The notes under the pieces were generated by a model that was not told the origin of the DNA, did not search any database, and saw only the letters and a program-made list of their open reading frames with translations. Both the position numbers and the translations under genes were made by a program. Shown piece after piece: positions 13,401 to 25,805 of a stretch of DNA of 64,000 bases; position 1 is the stretch's first letter; every line of letters begins with the position of its first letter. The stretch lies in assembly GCA_051362555.1 (NCBI GenBank), contig CM120640.1, positions 41,890,788-41,954,787 on the forward strand, in the 5' to 3' direction. This DNA comes from Lingula anatina (Eukaryota; Animalia; Brachiopoda).

Positions 13401-14701
13401 GCGTGAAACCTAAAAACTATCAATAGATCCACAATGAAATTGATATGTGAAACTAATCGGTCCATAAAGGTGGCATAATATTACTTTATCCTCTCTTATA
13501 GGAAATTGATGCACAGACATATGCAGACTGGAAAGTTGATTTTGTGAAAAATGATGACTGCTACATCCATCCAGGTGAAAATATTGAAAAAAGTTACCAA
13601 AACATGTACGCTGCGATCAAAAACACGGGTCGTCAGATGATCCACAGTGTGAAAGGATCTGCTGAAAATTTGGAACTTGCTTCTGGGTTTTCGAATATGC
13701 GCCGCGTTAATTATGATATAAAAGACAACTGGATCAATATGATGTCCTTAGTTGACTGGGCTTTTAGCAAAAACTTGTACGATCATTCGGGACTCTGGCA
13801 CGACTTAGATATGCTGGAAGTTGGGAATGGAGGGATGACAACGGAAGAATATAAGGTCCACTTTTCCTTATGGAGCGCATTGAAGTCGCCTCTAATTCTT
13901 GGTAATGACCCGAAAATGATGAAAGGCAGCGTGAAAAATATTCTTACGAACCCAGAAGTTATAAACATAAACCAAGACCCACTGGGTAAACCCGTTTCAT
14001 TGGTGAGAGAAGAAAAACTCGGACACGCTGAACACTTAGCCGTTTCTGATTTAAGATGTACGAGGAATGATACAAACCAGCAGTGGAGTTATAGCAAGGA
14101 AAAAAGATGGCTCAAACATGTGAAACTTGACTTGTGTCTAACAGCGAATGTAACAAGTAAGTTGGTCACGGTAGAGAAGTGCGGCCGTTCAGATCTACAC
14201 CAGGCGTGGACAGTCGATGAAGAAAGAAACAAAATATATTTCAATATTGCAAGTGGAAAAACTTATTGTCTTGAACTTAAAAGTTGGGAAATGTATGGAC
14301 AAGCAACCGTGAAAAAGTGCCCCAAGAAACCGACATACAAAGACAAGATTTATTTTGAAAAATTTGCATCGAACACATCCTCTTATGTGATCTATAATTT
14401 AAAGACGTTTAACGACAAATGTTTGAAGGTCGGTGGAGTCGCTGACCTTCAAGTCTACAGTGGGCCACTTAGCAAAAACAGGGTAGTGGTTCTAATAGTA
14501 AACAGGGATGTCGTGGATCACGGATTTTCATTTAATCTTGAAGAGTACGTAAATACAGAACAAGATAAACATTATGTGGTCAAAGAGGTGTGGGAGAAAT
14601 TTGAATTCAAAGCGATCGGGGACACCAAACTTGTCACAGACTTTGAAATTTCATCCCATTCCTGTAAAATGTTTATTATTACCCCACAGTCCAAGGCATA
14701 A
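4122..14701 (+). CDS. GH27 alpha-galactosidase-like glycosidase with N-terminal hydrophobic anchor and inserted ricin-B (QxW) lectin domain, about 555 aa, 3 coding exons
   Basis: Exons 4122-4413, 4658-4833 and 13502-14701 (GT-AG; phases 1 and 0). GH27 motifs: [56 protein letters not shown] (nucleophile Asp), RRVNYDI (acid/base Asp), [25 protein letters not shown]. An in-frame ATG at 4017 is an alternative start. Confidence 0.9.
4905..5380. repeat. Left subterminal tandem array: 61-bp unit, about 8 copies, with alternating variants (122-bp dimer)
   Basis: gatagatcaaca recurs at 4918, 4979, 5040, 5101, 5162, 5223 and 5284; variants gggtctc/gatttaa and ggatttc/gaatcaa alternate. Confidence 0.9.
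5498..6130. mobile_element. Kolobok-like non-autonomous element with TTAA target site duplication, nested in the EnSpm-like element
   Basis: TTAA at 5494-97 and 6131-34. Imperfect TIRs agcaataataactctt / aagggttattatgact. Both ends resemble the element at 50553-50888. Internal 26-bp palindrome at 5961-5986. Confidence 0.75.
6614..6817. repeat. 68-bp tandem repeat, 3 copies
   Basis: ccacactatcaggagga starts at 6614, 6682 and 6750. Confidence 0.9.
7104..12224 (+). mobile_element. Helentron-associated non-autonomous element (HINE/DINE-1-like), about 5.1 kb, with 162-bp tandem array
   Basis: 5' T-run, perfect 14-bp hairpin tatgtacagacaca-ga-tgtgtctgtacata (7107-7136) and (GTC/GCC) microsatellite. 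162-bp repeats at about 7198, 7359, 7521, 7684, 7845 and 8008, then larger internal duplications. 3' subterminal inverted repeat tgtctgtacat (12191-12201), short hairpin cagc-ttt-gctg, and T-rich end. Confidence 0.8.
10412..10605 (-). mobile_element. Inverted fragment of the Kolobok-like family inside the HINE
   Basis: Reverse complement resembles 50580-50770 (tgtaaacaactc.cagaaatata, agatggcta..ctttgtaataat, followed by an A-run). Confidence 0.6.
12400..12990. repeat. Right subterminal tandem array: 109-bp unit, 5 near-identical copies
   Basis: cattgatacctc at 12433, 12542, 12651, 12760 and 12869. Confidence 0.92.
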
Positions 14702-16354
14702 TTTGGAAATATTTCCTCATGGAAACAAAATGAGACCATATGTTATTATAATTAATGACTTATGTGCAATTTGGAATTATAAATGTATTACCACAACCAA
14801 GGGTACTCAATACTAGAGACCAGAGTGATGAGATTAATTCCATGCTTAAATTCTCTATTACAGTAGAAAGCATGCCATGAATCAGCCAGAGACATGCAGT
14901 TGTATCTAGAAAAAAATCAAACAGTGGCCTTGGTAGCGGGTAAACTAAGGAGGTGTGTGTCCCTTGTTCCAACCCACACTTGTTGCCATTTTCTCCTTGT
15001 AATAAGAAACAGAAATAGTGTTGTAGCTGCGACGGAGAAGCAATGAGAAACGGGGATCATCTAACGCACGAAATGTGGTAGAACAACTGTCCATGCATCA
15101 CACCTAAGACCCGAAATATAGGTTATCTATCCTAGATCACACTAAAGTTGTCCGGTGTCTAAAATTATCACCATTGATTATATAGTTGTTTTAGTGCCTA
15201 TATCTATCCTTAGTTATGTAATAAATAAACAAAAACGCACTAAGACAAGGACTAATCCATACCCATGGATGAAAAAAATTAGATAATTTTTAAATGTCGA
15301 CACTTGAGTTTCATGTAGAGATCGAATCCATGAACAAAGCATTAAAATAATGGGGATACAGTTTCATGTTCAAGCCATTTTACAATTTATTTCCTCTCAA
15401 ATATTTATGTTTTGTAAAGGGTTACGAAATAGGTTGATACTAACGCTATTCAAATAAGCCCTCTAGGCCTTTCAGTATGGAATGAAAGTAAACGTCACAA
15501 GGCCGATGTAAAATATAGTTTAGTTCGGTTGAGACTCAAATGGCAAAGAGCTTTTATATAACATAGTGATATATCATATTACACTAATATTAGCGGACAA
15601 ATGTCCAAACTTGGCCGCTGGTTTTCATATTCCATTATATGTAACATTAAACAGAGAATTACATAAATAGACAGCCAGTCTCAGCTAAAAATGTCCACAA
15701 TTATTAAAAATATATGAAAAGAGGTTCTGTCCCATTACTCTGAAATTTTGTATTAACACGTTTGTACATCCCACTTTTAAACCGACATTAGCCAAATGAT
15801 TTCACAAATTAATACATTCCTGGTACTGTTTGTGGCACATCCATACAAACCTGTGTGCATGATATTCTAATTAAAAACGAGACGATATCGTTTCACGGGC
15901 CAGAATGCGGTCATGCTGTTCAAGCTAATTAGTCATCCTAGTCGCTGTAGGATAAAAACAGTAGATGAAGAGGTGTGCATCCATATTAGCCACGATAAGC
16001 TTCGTGCCTGGCTTCACTTTCTCTATAAATAAGTGTGAACTGTGTTAACCACCCTGTATAAATTCTTCGAATCACGCGACGGACTTTCCTTCCCTCTTAA
16101 CAGATAACAGTAGATGTGGCAAAGGTTCAGAGGCTCTATTTCATTGGGCGTTGAGTTCGTACGTGCATTGATTAGAATACGCGTTTCTCAACTCCAAATG
16201 CATTTCCTTTTTCATTACGCCAGGCAAGCAAATACTTTTTTATTAATTAAGACACCGAAGCAAGACGTCAAATGTCTTTCTCGTGTTTTAACAGAGGTAT
16301 TTTATGGCTAGAAAGAAAATTCAATTCCCGTAACTATTTTGTTTTAAACAGAAT

Positions 16355-16360
16355 TTTATT
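16355..16360 (-). terminator. Candidate polyadenylation signal of the KLF gene
   Basis: AATAAA on the minus strand, about 480 nt after the stop, following an AU-rich 3' UTR. Confidence 0.4.
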
Positions 16361-16840
16361 AAAACTTTTGGTTTTCTATACTGATCACGTACAAAACAAT
16401 AAATAGTACAAATTCATAATAAATTAAATGTAAAGATGCTACAGTACTGAAAGACTACAAAAAGTAAGGATGTGTATTTACAAATGATTATATCAAAATA
16501 CAACAAGCACCATTGACAACGTAACAAAATATACTTTATGATAATCGCTCTTCTTATTCGAGTCGCTTAAAACTAACGGAATCAGTTTTTCGGTTCGATC
16601 CGATTCACTACAGTTCAACGTAATAAATATGAAAAAAAAAAAAAAAAAAAAAAAACATCAGCAACAGCAGGCCTACGTCAGATCAACATGATCAATACGT
16701 GCTTGTTTTTGAAAGATCTAACTCCAAACCATGCAGGACGCTCTGGTTATTTTGATTTGCCTCGTGACTAGGACCCTTATCTTCGTGCAAAAAAAGTGTA
16801 TAAAGCTCTAGATTCAGCGGCCTAACCATCAGGAGGTTGT

Positions 16841-19800
16841 TCAGGCAGAGCCTTGTGATGCAACAGGTACGTAGACACTGAGGGAAATCGGCGTCGGAGC
16901 TGGTTTATCAGTACTGCACTGAGAAACATCCGACATGTGACTGTCATTGCTGTTGCAGTCCATGGACGACTCGACAGGCGGTCTCGTGAGCTGTTGTGGC
17001 GTGTGTTTATTTGTAACGTGCCTCTTCATGTGCTTCGTCAAATGGTCGCTGCGCATGAATTTTCTATCACAAACGGGACAGGCGAATTTCTTCTCTCCGG
17101 TATGCGTTCTTTTGTGGCGGGAAAGTTCATCAGAACGAGCAAATCTCTTATCACACCCTTCCCACGTGCACACGAATGGTTTCTCACCTGAAAAGAGACA
17201 AAGTGGAGATTTAAGTTTCACAGCATGGCACGTCCCATCTCTGACATAAGGTACAACATACATTCGTGACTCACGTGAAGCAATGTCTAGTAATAAGACG
17301 GTGCTTCGGGGTCAGTTGACGACCCATACAATTTGTCTTGTGACCTTCATTATCAGCTCTCAACCACGCTGTAGTCACTAAGTACATTGTGTTATGTATT
17401 TGTTCTATATCATGGCTTGTCGGGTTGGGAGATTTTGCTGATAAAAGATGCTGAGGATATGAATTACAGTGCCCGTTCTCTGCAATGAATTTTGTTTCTA
17501 ATAATAAACATACATAAATTTACTGGGCATCTTTCCTTTGTCAAGCACAAGTGCACAACCTTTTTAAATTTATCAGTTTCATAAAAAAAATGTAAATTAT
17601 TAGCAGATCTAGATATTCTGGAACTGCCAATGTAAATGTAAAAAAAATTCACCAGGACTCAACTAACCTGTGTGCGTTCTAAGGTGTGCTTTCAAGTGTG
17701 AGCTTTTGAAGTAAGTCTTTCCACAGTTTTCATAATGGCAAACATGGCTCCTTCGTCTTTTCAGTTCTTCAATTTTCAGCATATCTGCAACCCCTTGTGC
17801 TGTGTTACAAGCCACTGGGGCAGGAGCAATGGGGCAGAGCTTATCTCCAGTCTTTTTCAGAACAGCTGATTTTTCATCCAATGTCTTTAAGTTACCACCA
17901 TTATTGTTACTGTTCATCAGAAAAACTTGGATAATCTGTGGTTTAGCAACAGAGAAGATTGGAACGGAAAAGGGTGGTGCCATAACAGAAACCGGGAATG
18001 CAGTAGAACTGGTCACTGGTAACCTATTTGGTGGCATATTTATCAGTGGATTATTGGGTGGAGTACAGAGTGCCTGAGTCAGTAAACTTTGGGATGGCAA
18101 AGATGGCATTGGGTTGTTGTCGGTGGTGGTCTGTTTACAGTGCCGCTGACCACCAGTTGCTGTATTATGATTAGCAGCATCTGATGTTGCCTGTGCCTTC
18201 AAACTCTTGGTAGAAACAATGACCGATACAGGCTGGCCACTGCTACAACATCTCTTTTCCGAGTCCAGTTCAAACGGAGAGTCAATGTCTGTTGGAGTAC
18301 GGGGAGGTGTCTCATATGGTAAAGTGGTGGTGACAATGGGTTTTCCCATCAAGAGCTGAAAATTACAATAAAAAATATTGTTGTGAATAATTATTCAAAG
18401 TGAGAAGGCAGATATTATACATTGGACAAAACTTCCTATCCCAACTCTAGCTGTAGCATCAAAAGAAATCTTTTTCCTACAATCTGATATTGAAATCTTG
18501 AAAAAATTTTAATTAGCATTTTACCTGTGCTAGTTTGGACTCCTTGAGAAGGGCACTGTTATCCTCTGTTGAATGTTTATGATTAGAAGCATCATCTTCA
18601 GAAACTGGGGTGTCTGGTCTGGCAGGTGAGCTACAGCCATGGCCAGATCTGGTCGAGGCCTTACTTATGGAAAGAAGAGTAGAGGCAGCCTCACATTCTA
18701 AGCAGTGTCCTTTCCCCTTCTTGCACGTACTCTTTGGTCGTTCATTCTAGAATAATAAGGAGCGAAATATTCCAGTTGATTATATACTTAGTTTTGTTAA
18801 TTTGTAAACTAAAACACTTGACCACAGATCTGACTGATTAAATAAATTCTGTTTATCTTTCTGTTTGCTTTGATGTTTTTCTTCTTATTTATTTATTATA
18901 ATGGGAAAATATTTTTTAATTAAAAATTTTAATAACATTTGTAAAAATAATGATTCTTAAATAACAGACATAAATATTTGTACTGATTGTATATTTTAAA
19001 TATTTTCTTTGTTGATGAAAACATTGGGTCACAACTTGCTTAAGCAACTTCCATAGCTTACCCACTTCAGTTTACTTTGACATCTATTTAGCAAAAAATT
19101 CACTTTTTTCCTTTCTTTCTATCTATCATTATTTTGTAATTATTATTTCATAATTATGAACTGGTGCAGGTTGAGGGAATGCATAAGGAAAGATAAAATA
19201 ATGCCAGGGATGAGATAATAAAAATACCTGGGTAGAAAAATCACCAGGCAGAAAGACTGCTTTTTGTTTAAAAAATGGGCTCTAAGATGTAACTACCTTG
19301 AAAAATGGTATGCACTCCTTAAAAGAACATCTATCTTGTTAAATTCTGTGATTTTAACGTCTGAGCAACCAACCCAAATCTTTCTTCCAGACTAGTCAGT
19401 AATATATGCGGAAATTATCAGTGTATTAGTCACATGCTAAATGTAGAGGGTGTGTCTGAACCTTGAAGGTCACTATATGCACATGTGAACACTCCGTGAG
19501 TAGGAAGGCAATGTTCGTTTCAAACCACTGGCATAATATTTTACAAATATAAATGTAAACCACCTCTGTATCAAAATATTTTCCATCTTATCGCAAGTGT
19601 TACACAAACACTACACCCGTTGTATTTCACTTTTGACTTATCATTGTGCGTTACAGACAAAAGCTGAGAAATGGTTATGAAATCGCGACCTTTGACCGCT
19701 AACCTACATAATGATAGAAATAGGTCAGATTTACTATAAGTCGGAAATGGGATCCTCTAAGGATCATATGGTACAGATTATCACGATTCTGGTACGTGAT

Positions 19801-20233
19801 TGAACTATATTACCAGGTATGAAGCTCTCACATGAAATCACACGGCAACTTTATAGCTAAATAATTTTTTTAACACTTCTGTTCTTGACTTGCAATGGTA
19901 TGAATGATCACGCACAATTGTCATGACTGACAGAAACCAAACGCTTATATAAAGCAAACACAGGAATCGGTATTAAACTTATTTCACCCTAAACATCACA
20001 GTAAATATCTCCAACACAACACAGCTATTTGGTAATACCAATATGTGACAACATAAGAATAAAAACGCAACCAACATCACGCCGTAGCTGTCTCACTACT
20101 GGGAAATGACAGATCACAACAAAGCCCATTGACTGCAACGAGTATTAACGAAATAAGTACTCACCGTTTCTGGAAAAAACTGTTGAATATAAACAGGCGA
20201 TGACGGTTCACAATCCATAGCGTCGTCTCTCAT
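16841..20233 (-). CDS. KLF10/11: Kruppel-like factor of the KLF10/KLF11 (TIEG/cabut) group, about 441 aa, 4 exons
   Basis: Exons 20233-20165, 18746-18525, 18355-17668 and 17187-16841; phases are consistent. Three C2H2 fingers: [79 protein letters not shown], where [11 protein letters not shown] and FMRSDHL are typical of KLF10/11. Sin3-interaction-like helix [10 protein letters not shown] and LCPIAPAP motif. Confidence 0.92.
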
Positions 20234-20337
20234 TTTAACAATTTGTTATCCTCACTGTTTCACAAGATGGTCAAAATACAGATGTCTATGTCGTCTGTGT
20301 CTCTGTTATTGCATCGTACTTTCATTACCAACAATTT

Positions 20338-20450
20338 GGGCGAGGGCGGGGTTTGATTCACCAATCAGAAAACGGAGGTCAATCCGCTTCAGCCAATCGG
20401 CGTCTAGAGAGCATGTGATATAGTGGTATTCAGGGCCATGTGTACACGTG
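20338..20450 (-). promoter_or_regulatory. Probable KLF proximal promoter: GC box, two CCAAT boxes, E-box
   Basis: GGGCGG 20344-49; CCAAT 20361-65 and 20393-97 (32 bp apart, NF-Y-like spacing); CACGTG 20445-50. All lie 110-220 bp upstream of the ATG. Confidence 0.6.
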
Positions 20451-21337
20451 CTCAATGAATGAATTTGCTATGCCTGGTGAGACCATGTGGTTGTGTTTAC
20501 ATCGTGTCCTCATCACTAGATGGAATCATCCCAAGAATACGTGATTTTATACTTGTACGCAGTTTACAAATTTATCAGACGTGTGTTTTAGTTAAAGTTA
20601 GCATTATGGTGTTGTGGATATTGGTTTCTTCGAAAAAGAAAGTCATTTTCATTGATCAGGGTTTTGACATCGCTGCAAAACGTGATCTGAGGTTAAAGTC
20701 CACTTTTCCAGAGCCTTTGTTTGGGGCTTATTTTGTTAATATACAGATATATTACGTATATCGATTAGTGTTTAGGTTTTATAGGGTCCTAGTGGTTGTT
20801 TATGAGACAGCCATTTATATATTTAAAAACATAGGTTTATTATGGAAGTTTTTTTAGTCTTAATATGCAGTAAATATTTAAAGTCAGATCGTTATTTATC
20901 TAATTAATCCAAATTGTACCTTTAGTTTTGTTATAATAGACGCATAATTTCATGATATAGATTTTTATCATTGTTGCAATCGATGTAGCGTCTGTTTGTA
21001 AACAAATAGCTTGGCAGGTTCAGTTAGGACAAGAAACTATGGAGTTGTTTATCGGCTGTGTTGAACTGAGATGTCAGCACGCAAACAATGGCGTTTTAGG
21101 GTTACACGAGGGTTGTCACTAAGCCCAGTGCACTAAACCCTTGCCCTGAGATTGATCAGGTTCACTTGTAAGCCGACTGGTGCACATATGCACCTGAAAA
21201 TGAATTTATTTAGCTTTATAATTAGGTCAGTTGATCCATTTTTACAGTAGACACGAATAAAAAAATACTGGCACAGTTACCGGTATTTGATGTCGACAGG
21301 TGCAGTTAACACTGAAAGATATAAATGTTATTTTAAA

Positions 21338-21565
21338 CGATACACGCTACTTTTTATATATCATACCTCCAAATTGAAAGGTGAACGTTTTCTTTGCTCT
21401 TTACAAAGAAGGAGTGCAAAGTCCAAGTTTTAAAACGTACTCGATAATCGATGATACGCGCTTTTTCTTTATATCATACCTCAAATTAAAATGTAAACGT
21501 TTTCTTTGCTCTTTACAAAGAACGAGTGCAAAGTCCAAGTTTTTAAAACGTACTCAATAATCGAT
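21338..21565. repeat. Tandem duplication of about 115 bp
   Basis: aacgttttctttgctctttacaaagaa.gagtgcaaagtccaagtttt occurs twice in series. Confidence 0.85.
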
Positions 21566-21774
21566 ATTGGCTCAAAGCCGGGTTTACTTTTAGCCACAAA
21601 CAGTAGGCTGCACTTTCCCATATCTAAAAGATTTGAAAAATATAAAATTTCTAAACTAGTCCCCAGATTAATATAAAATGTCCGCTTCTGTCTTGCACCA
21701 TTTCTCTTCTAGTGGAGACAGATAAAGAAAAAAGTTAGTTTTAACATGACAATATGAATGCTGGATGGGTTGCG

Positions 21775-21775
<1 letters not shown>

Positions 21776-21832
<57 letters not shown>
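21776..21832. repeat. (TA)n microsatellite
   Basis: Visible dinucleotide run. Confidence 0.95.
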
Positions 21833-21834
<2 letters not shown>

Positions 21835-23856
21835 TGTGGGTTGTCAGTGTTGAATGCTGTACTGTAAATTCACGAGGACAGCATTTACCAGTATGTTAAA
21901 AACGTGAGTGCGTTTTCTTTTCTCCCCCCCCCCCCAATATTAATTGAAATGTATGGTTAACTGCTATGATATCACATAAGCATACCTGGTTTAAAATGTT
22001 TCTACTGAGTGTAAAACAACCTGGCCAGACGGAATTAGTTAGAAGACATGGCGGCTAATGGGGAGGAGAAATGGCAATGAAATTCAATCGTTCCAAATAA
22101 CGTGAACGAAACTAAATATGATCTGAAAACTCGTTGGAATACTTTTTTCCGGTTGATTAAAAAGGATGAAACTGACAGCATGCACTGAGTGCAAATTCTA
22201 CAATTTTTAACAAAGTCATACTGTTTTTTTTTTTTTTACATTTTCTGAAGCCTTACTCATTGCGTGGAAACCAGACAGTTTAATCTTTATAATGACTTTA
22301 CGCTTCAGCACAGATGAATTTCCATCACATGATCAAAATCTTGTTTTAAGAGTAAAGTTTGTGCCTATGATGCACACCTTTTTAAACAGCGCACATCTAT
22401 GCTTTTCTTTACTTCATCGTTTTCCTTGCTCTGTGTTTTTTCTAATGGTACATATGAACTGCAGTCAAATGGGTAATATTTAAATTGAAAATCCTCATTT
22501 GATTGTCATCTGCTATGACTGCTCGAGACAAGGACCCTAACGAAATAGGTACAGTCAACACACTATTGTGATAGTTGTTCGCAGCCTCACATAACCGACC
22601 AGCCGTCGCATTCTAAGAAGCTGGAATTTTATCATTGTTAAGCTTTACATGGCAAATGAAATATGACAATACGTTTAAAAAACGAATTATTCTAGGTCTG
22701 AATTTTGAATGCGACGAAAGGAGGTCTTTTGGATTTTAATCCAAAATAACAGTATATTTTTTACACAATATGCAGTCTGTAAATGGGAAAGTAGGTAAAT
22801 GTTGGCGAACAATACATGTAGATGTCAAATTATAAGATGTAAACTGCCTGTTTTGCCCTTTCAAAACGCATTTTAAGTAAGCATACATCCAAAATGGTGT
22901 TGAGGGTTTAGATGTTTAGATGTACCCCTATGTATTCACCCATGCGTTGGGCGGTATGGTACGTCTAAATTGTACAAGCAGAGTCTCGGCGCCTTTTTCA
23001 GACCATCTTTAACGACGCTTTGTAAGGCCACACTCTTTGATTTTGCTAGGTTTTGCATATACGCCATTTCACTCAATATAGTGCACAGTATTAGGCAAAC
23101 TGCAGAAAAATACTTCGTCAGAAGACATTTAGGTTTTTAATAATACGTGCAATCTTCCCATTTTCCTTTCTACGTACCCTGTAGGCCTACATGTATGGCT
23201 TTCAGCAATTTTCTCGTTCAAAATCACCCGCAGAGCATATCTTGAAGGATTCAGTCAAGAACCATGGCTGGTAGGATTGTGTTTTCAACCTTCCAAGGAC
23301 AAAGGACACACACATACACACGCACACACACACACACACACACACTTCAACATTTAGATCTAAGAACAAGTAAATGGATTTTATTATGTGCAAGCATGTT
23401 GAATCAGCTTTTATGAATGATCATATCATATGCACGTAAACAGATGAAAAATTTATAAGCTCTCAAATGAAAATCAAAAGTCAAAATGCACACAAATGAT
23501 GTCATTGCGTGTAAATAAGAAGGAACAAGGATACGGGTGGATATAGAAAAGTAAAAAAAATTATATTAAACCGTCAATGACGTATAAAGACCTTGGAGCG
23601 CCGTCTTTTGGGAGATGGTTAAGATATTCATCAATTGTTTTATTTTTTCCTTTTTATGTTAAACTTTCCCTTGCAGAGTCTACATTATGTAGTATAACCG
23701 TTTTCTGTAAATGATCATAGTTTAGGTCGTCGGTTTTTGCGACTCTCTTTTTCAAACCGTCCAAATAACAGGACCTTTGTTCGGAAGTATTACGTGTAAA
23801 ATAAATAAATAATAATAAAAATCACAAAGTTGCCCAACAATACTAACCATTATTAA

Positions 23857-24093
23857 AACCCCCTTTACACTGGACGGCATCCTTTCTGCGTCCTTCATGC
23901 GACCATGAAAACTGGCATCGCTGTGGTCTTAGAAAGGAGGCACAAGCATCGCTTCAAATGATTGCAGAGTAAATGCTCAATGATCGGCCAGTTGCGTTAA
24001 GTTTTTTTATATTTTTTTATTATTTTTTTTTTACTCTCATAAGGGGCCGTACTACAGGACGCAGAAAGGACGCCGTTCAGTGTAAAGGGGGCT
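23857..24093. mobile_element. Harbinger-type MITE with about 37-bp TIRs
   Basis: aaccccctttacactggacggcatcctttctgcgtcct versus aggacgcagaaaggacgccgttcagtgtaaagggggct; TAA on both sides. Confidence 0.8.
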
Positions 24094-24224
24094 TAACTGG
24101 CACTGACAAGCTAGGGCATGACCAGGCAGTGATACAATCCTCACATTTTTACTCTTTTCTACACCAAGATGAAACGATTTGAAACGAAAATAATGATTTT
24201 ACTTATGACAATTGTAATGATACC

Positions 24225-24378
24225 GGTGTAACAGGGATGAAAGTCCGCTAGGAACCGTAGTCTGCTTCCCATTACTTTGTACAGGTGATATTCGTCCCAT
24301 ACATTAACCCCCAATATATTCCAAATAACCCTAACCTGTACTACTCATATGGGAGCCCGGACTTCCATTCCTGTTACC
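24225..24378. mobile_element. Small degenerate MITE-like inverted-repeat element
   Basis: gtaacagggatgaaagtccg versus cggacttccattcctgttac. Confidence 0.45.
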
Positions 24379-25686
24379 AATCATGAAATATAAATCCTAA
24401 GGGCAGAAGAAGACACCAGAAATGCAGTCAATTATAGTGTAAAGCGTCACGTAGGCCTACATGTACTTGGTAAAGTATCTGTCATTAATACCTTGCATGC
24501 ATTGATACATTAAGTACGTAAGTAACAAGAATTTATTTTGTCGCATATTTGATGGTATAGTTACATGGGTGTGATTACTGCTGGTGTATAAAGAACTACT
24601 ATCATGTGTCAGTTATTAAATGTTATTTTTATTTAACGCTATACTTGTATTATATATTTGCGTCCGGCTCAAAAACAAAATTAATAAAACTAAGGAATAC
24701 ATTTTTACTTCAGTTGCCCTACACATAAATAAATTCTTCTGGCAGGAAGGGTATATAACGCTGGGGATGACTCTCAGGTATGGTGACTGTGTTTGTTGGG
24801 AGAGATCAAAAGAGCCTAATGACAATATATGAAGCCGATTTTTCAGCAATTTTGAATCGTCATTAGGTTTAATTTTCATTTTCTGCCAACTTTATATGGT
24901 TGGACATTGATTATTCAAATTTATTGCTTTGGAGATACCCCAGTACTTTGTTTTTAATTATGACTTCTCTTCCGCAACTTACAATTGATTTTATTTACGA
25001 CGAAAAGAATGAAAGAACTCCACGTTTTGTAACATCAACAAAAGGTTAGAATTTACATAATTCTACAATCGGGGACAGCCGAGGGTGGGCCTGACAGGAT
25101 TGGCAACTCTACTAGTTATATCCAGATATATCCAGTCTGAGTATGCTGATACCTTTTCACAACTGCATAGCAATTGCAGCACGGTGAAAATTAGTCCCAA
25201 TTTACTTTTTTTCAATAACACATCCCGAACATTAGTGGCCTACCGCATTCGACTACTGGGCCCAAGACTGCCATGAGAATAGCAACAGATTGAGAATATT
25301 ATTAGGGGCCTAATTAGTCTGATGATGCTGAGACCTCTTTACAGCGCCATACCCAGCACAGTGCAGTAGAAAATATTCCTATTAAATTTGAAATTAATAA
25401 AATATTCCGAACATTTGGCCTTTGAGCCTAAGAACAGCGTAAGAAAATAGCTACTATATCCAGTCTGAACAAGTTGTTCCCTCTTTACCATTCCATGGTT
25501 ATAGCAGCGCAGTAGAAAATAATCCCAATATATGGCTTGCAAAAATTATTCTTATCATCCTTTGAATTGAGATAAATTAAAACTTCTTTAAACTCAAATT
25601 ACATAAACCACTGGATACCACTCATATTTTGTCATTATATAATATTTTATCTGCGCGGAAGGACATGTTACACAAAGGACGTAGCC

Positions 25687-25723
25687 TATATAAATGACGT
25701 CCTCTGCTTGCACTATTTCATTC
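25687..25723 (+). promoter_or_regulatory. ODC core promoter: TATA box and initiator
   Basis: TATATAAA 25687-94, TGACGT immediately after, and Inr-like TCATTC with +1 A at about 25720. The AUG-free exon that follows ends at a strong donor AAG/gtaag at 25865. Confidence 0.7.
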
Positions 25724-25805
25724 AGATCAATAGTCTACGCAGAGGAAGGCTGACAGTGGTGCTGTGGAACGCGAAAATTTGAAGATTTCTTAGTTGTAAC
25801 TTTAA

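Noticed and set aside
16937-18077. Plus-strand ORFs opposite the KLF exons (also 33863-34590 opposite HS3ST)
   Set aside because: These are antisense shadows of real coding exons.
20437-20450. CATGTG plus CACGTG as a Mondo/ChREBP ChoRE upstream of KLF10/11
   Set aside because: The spacing is 2 bp rather than the 5 bp a ChoRE needs.
20459-20857. 132-aa ORF divergent from the KLF promoter
   Set aside because: Low-complexity hydrophobic composition typical of AT-rich non-coding DNA, with no recognisable domain.
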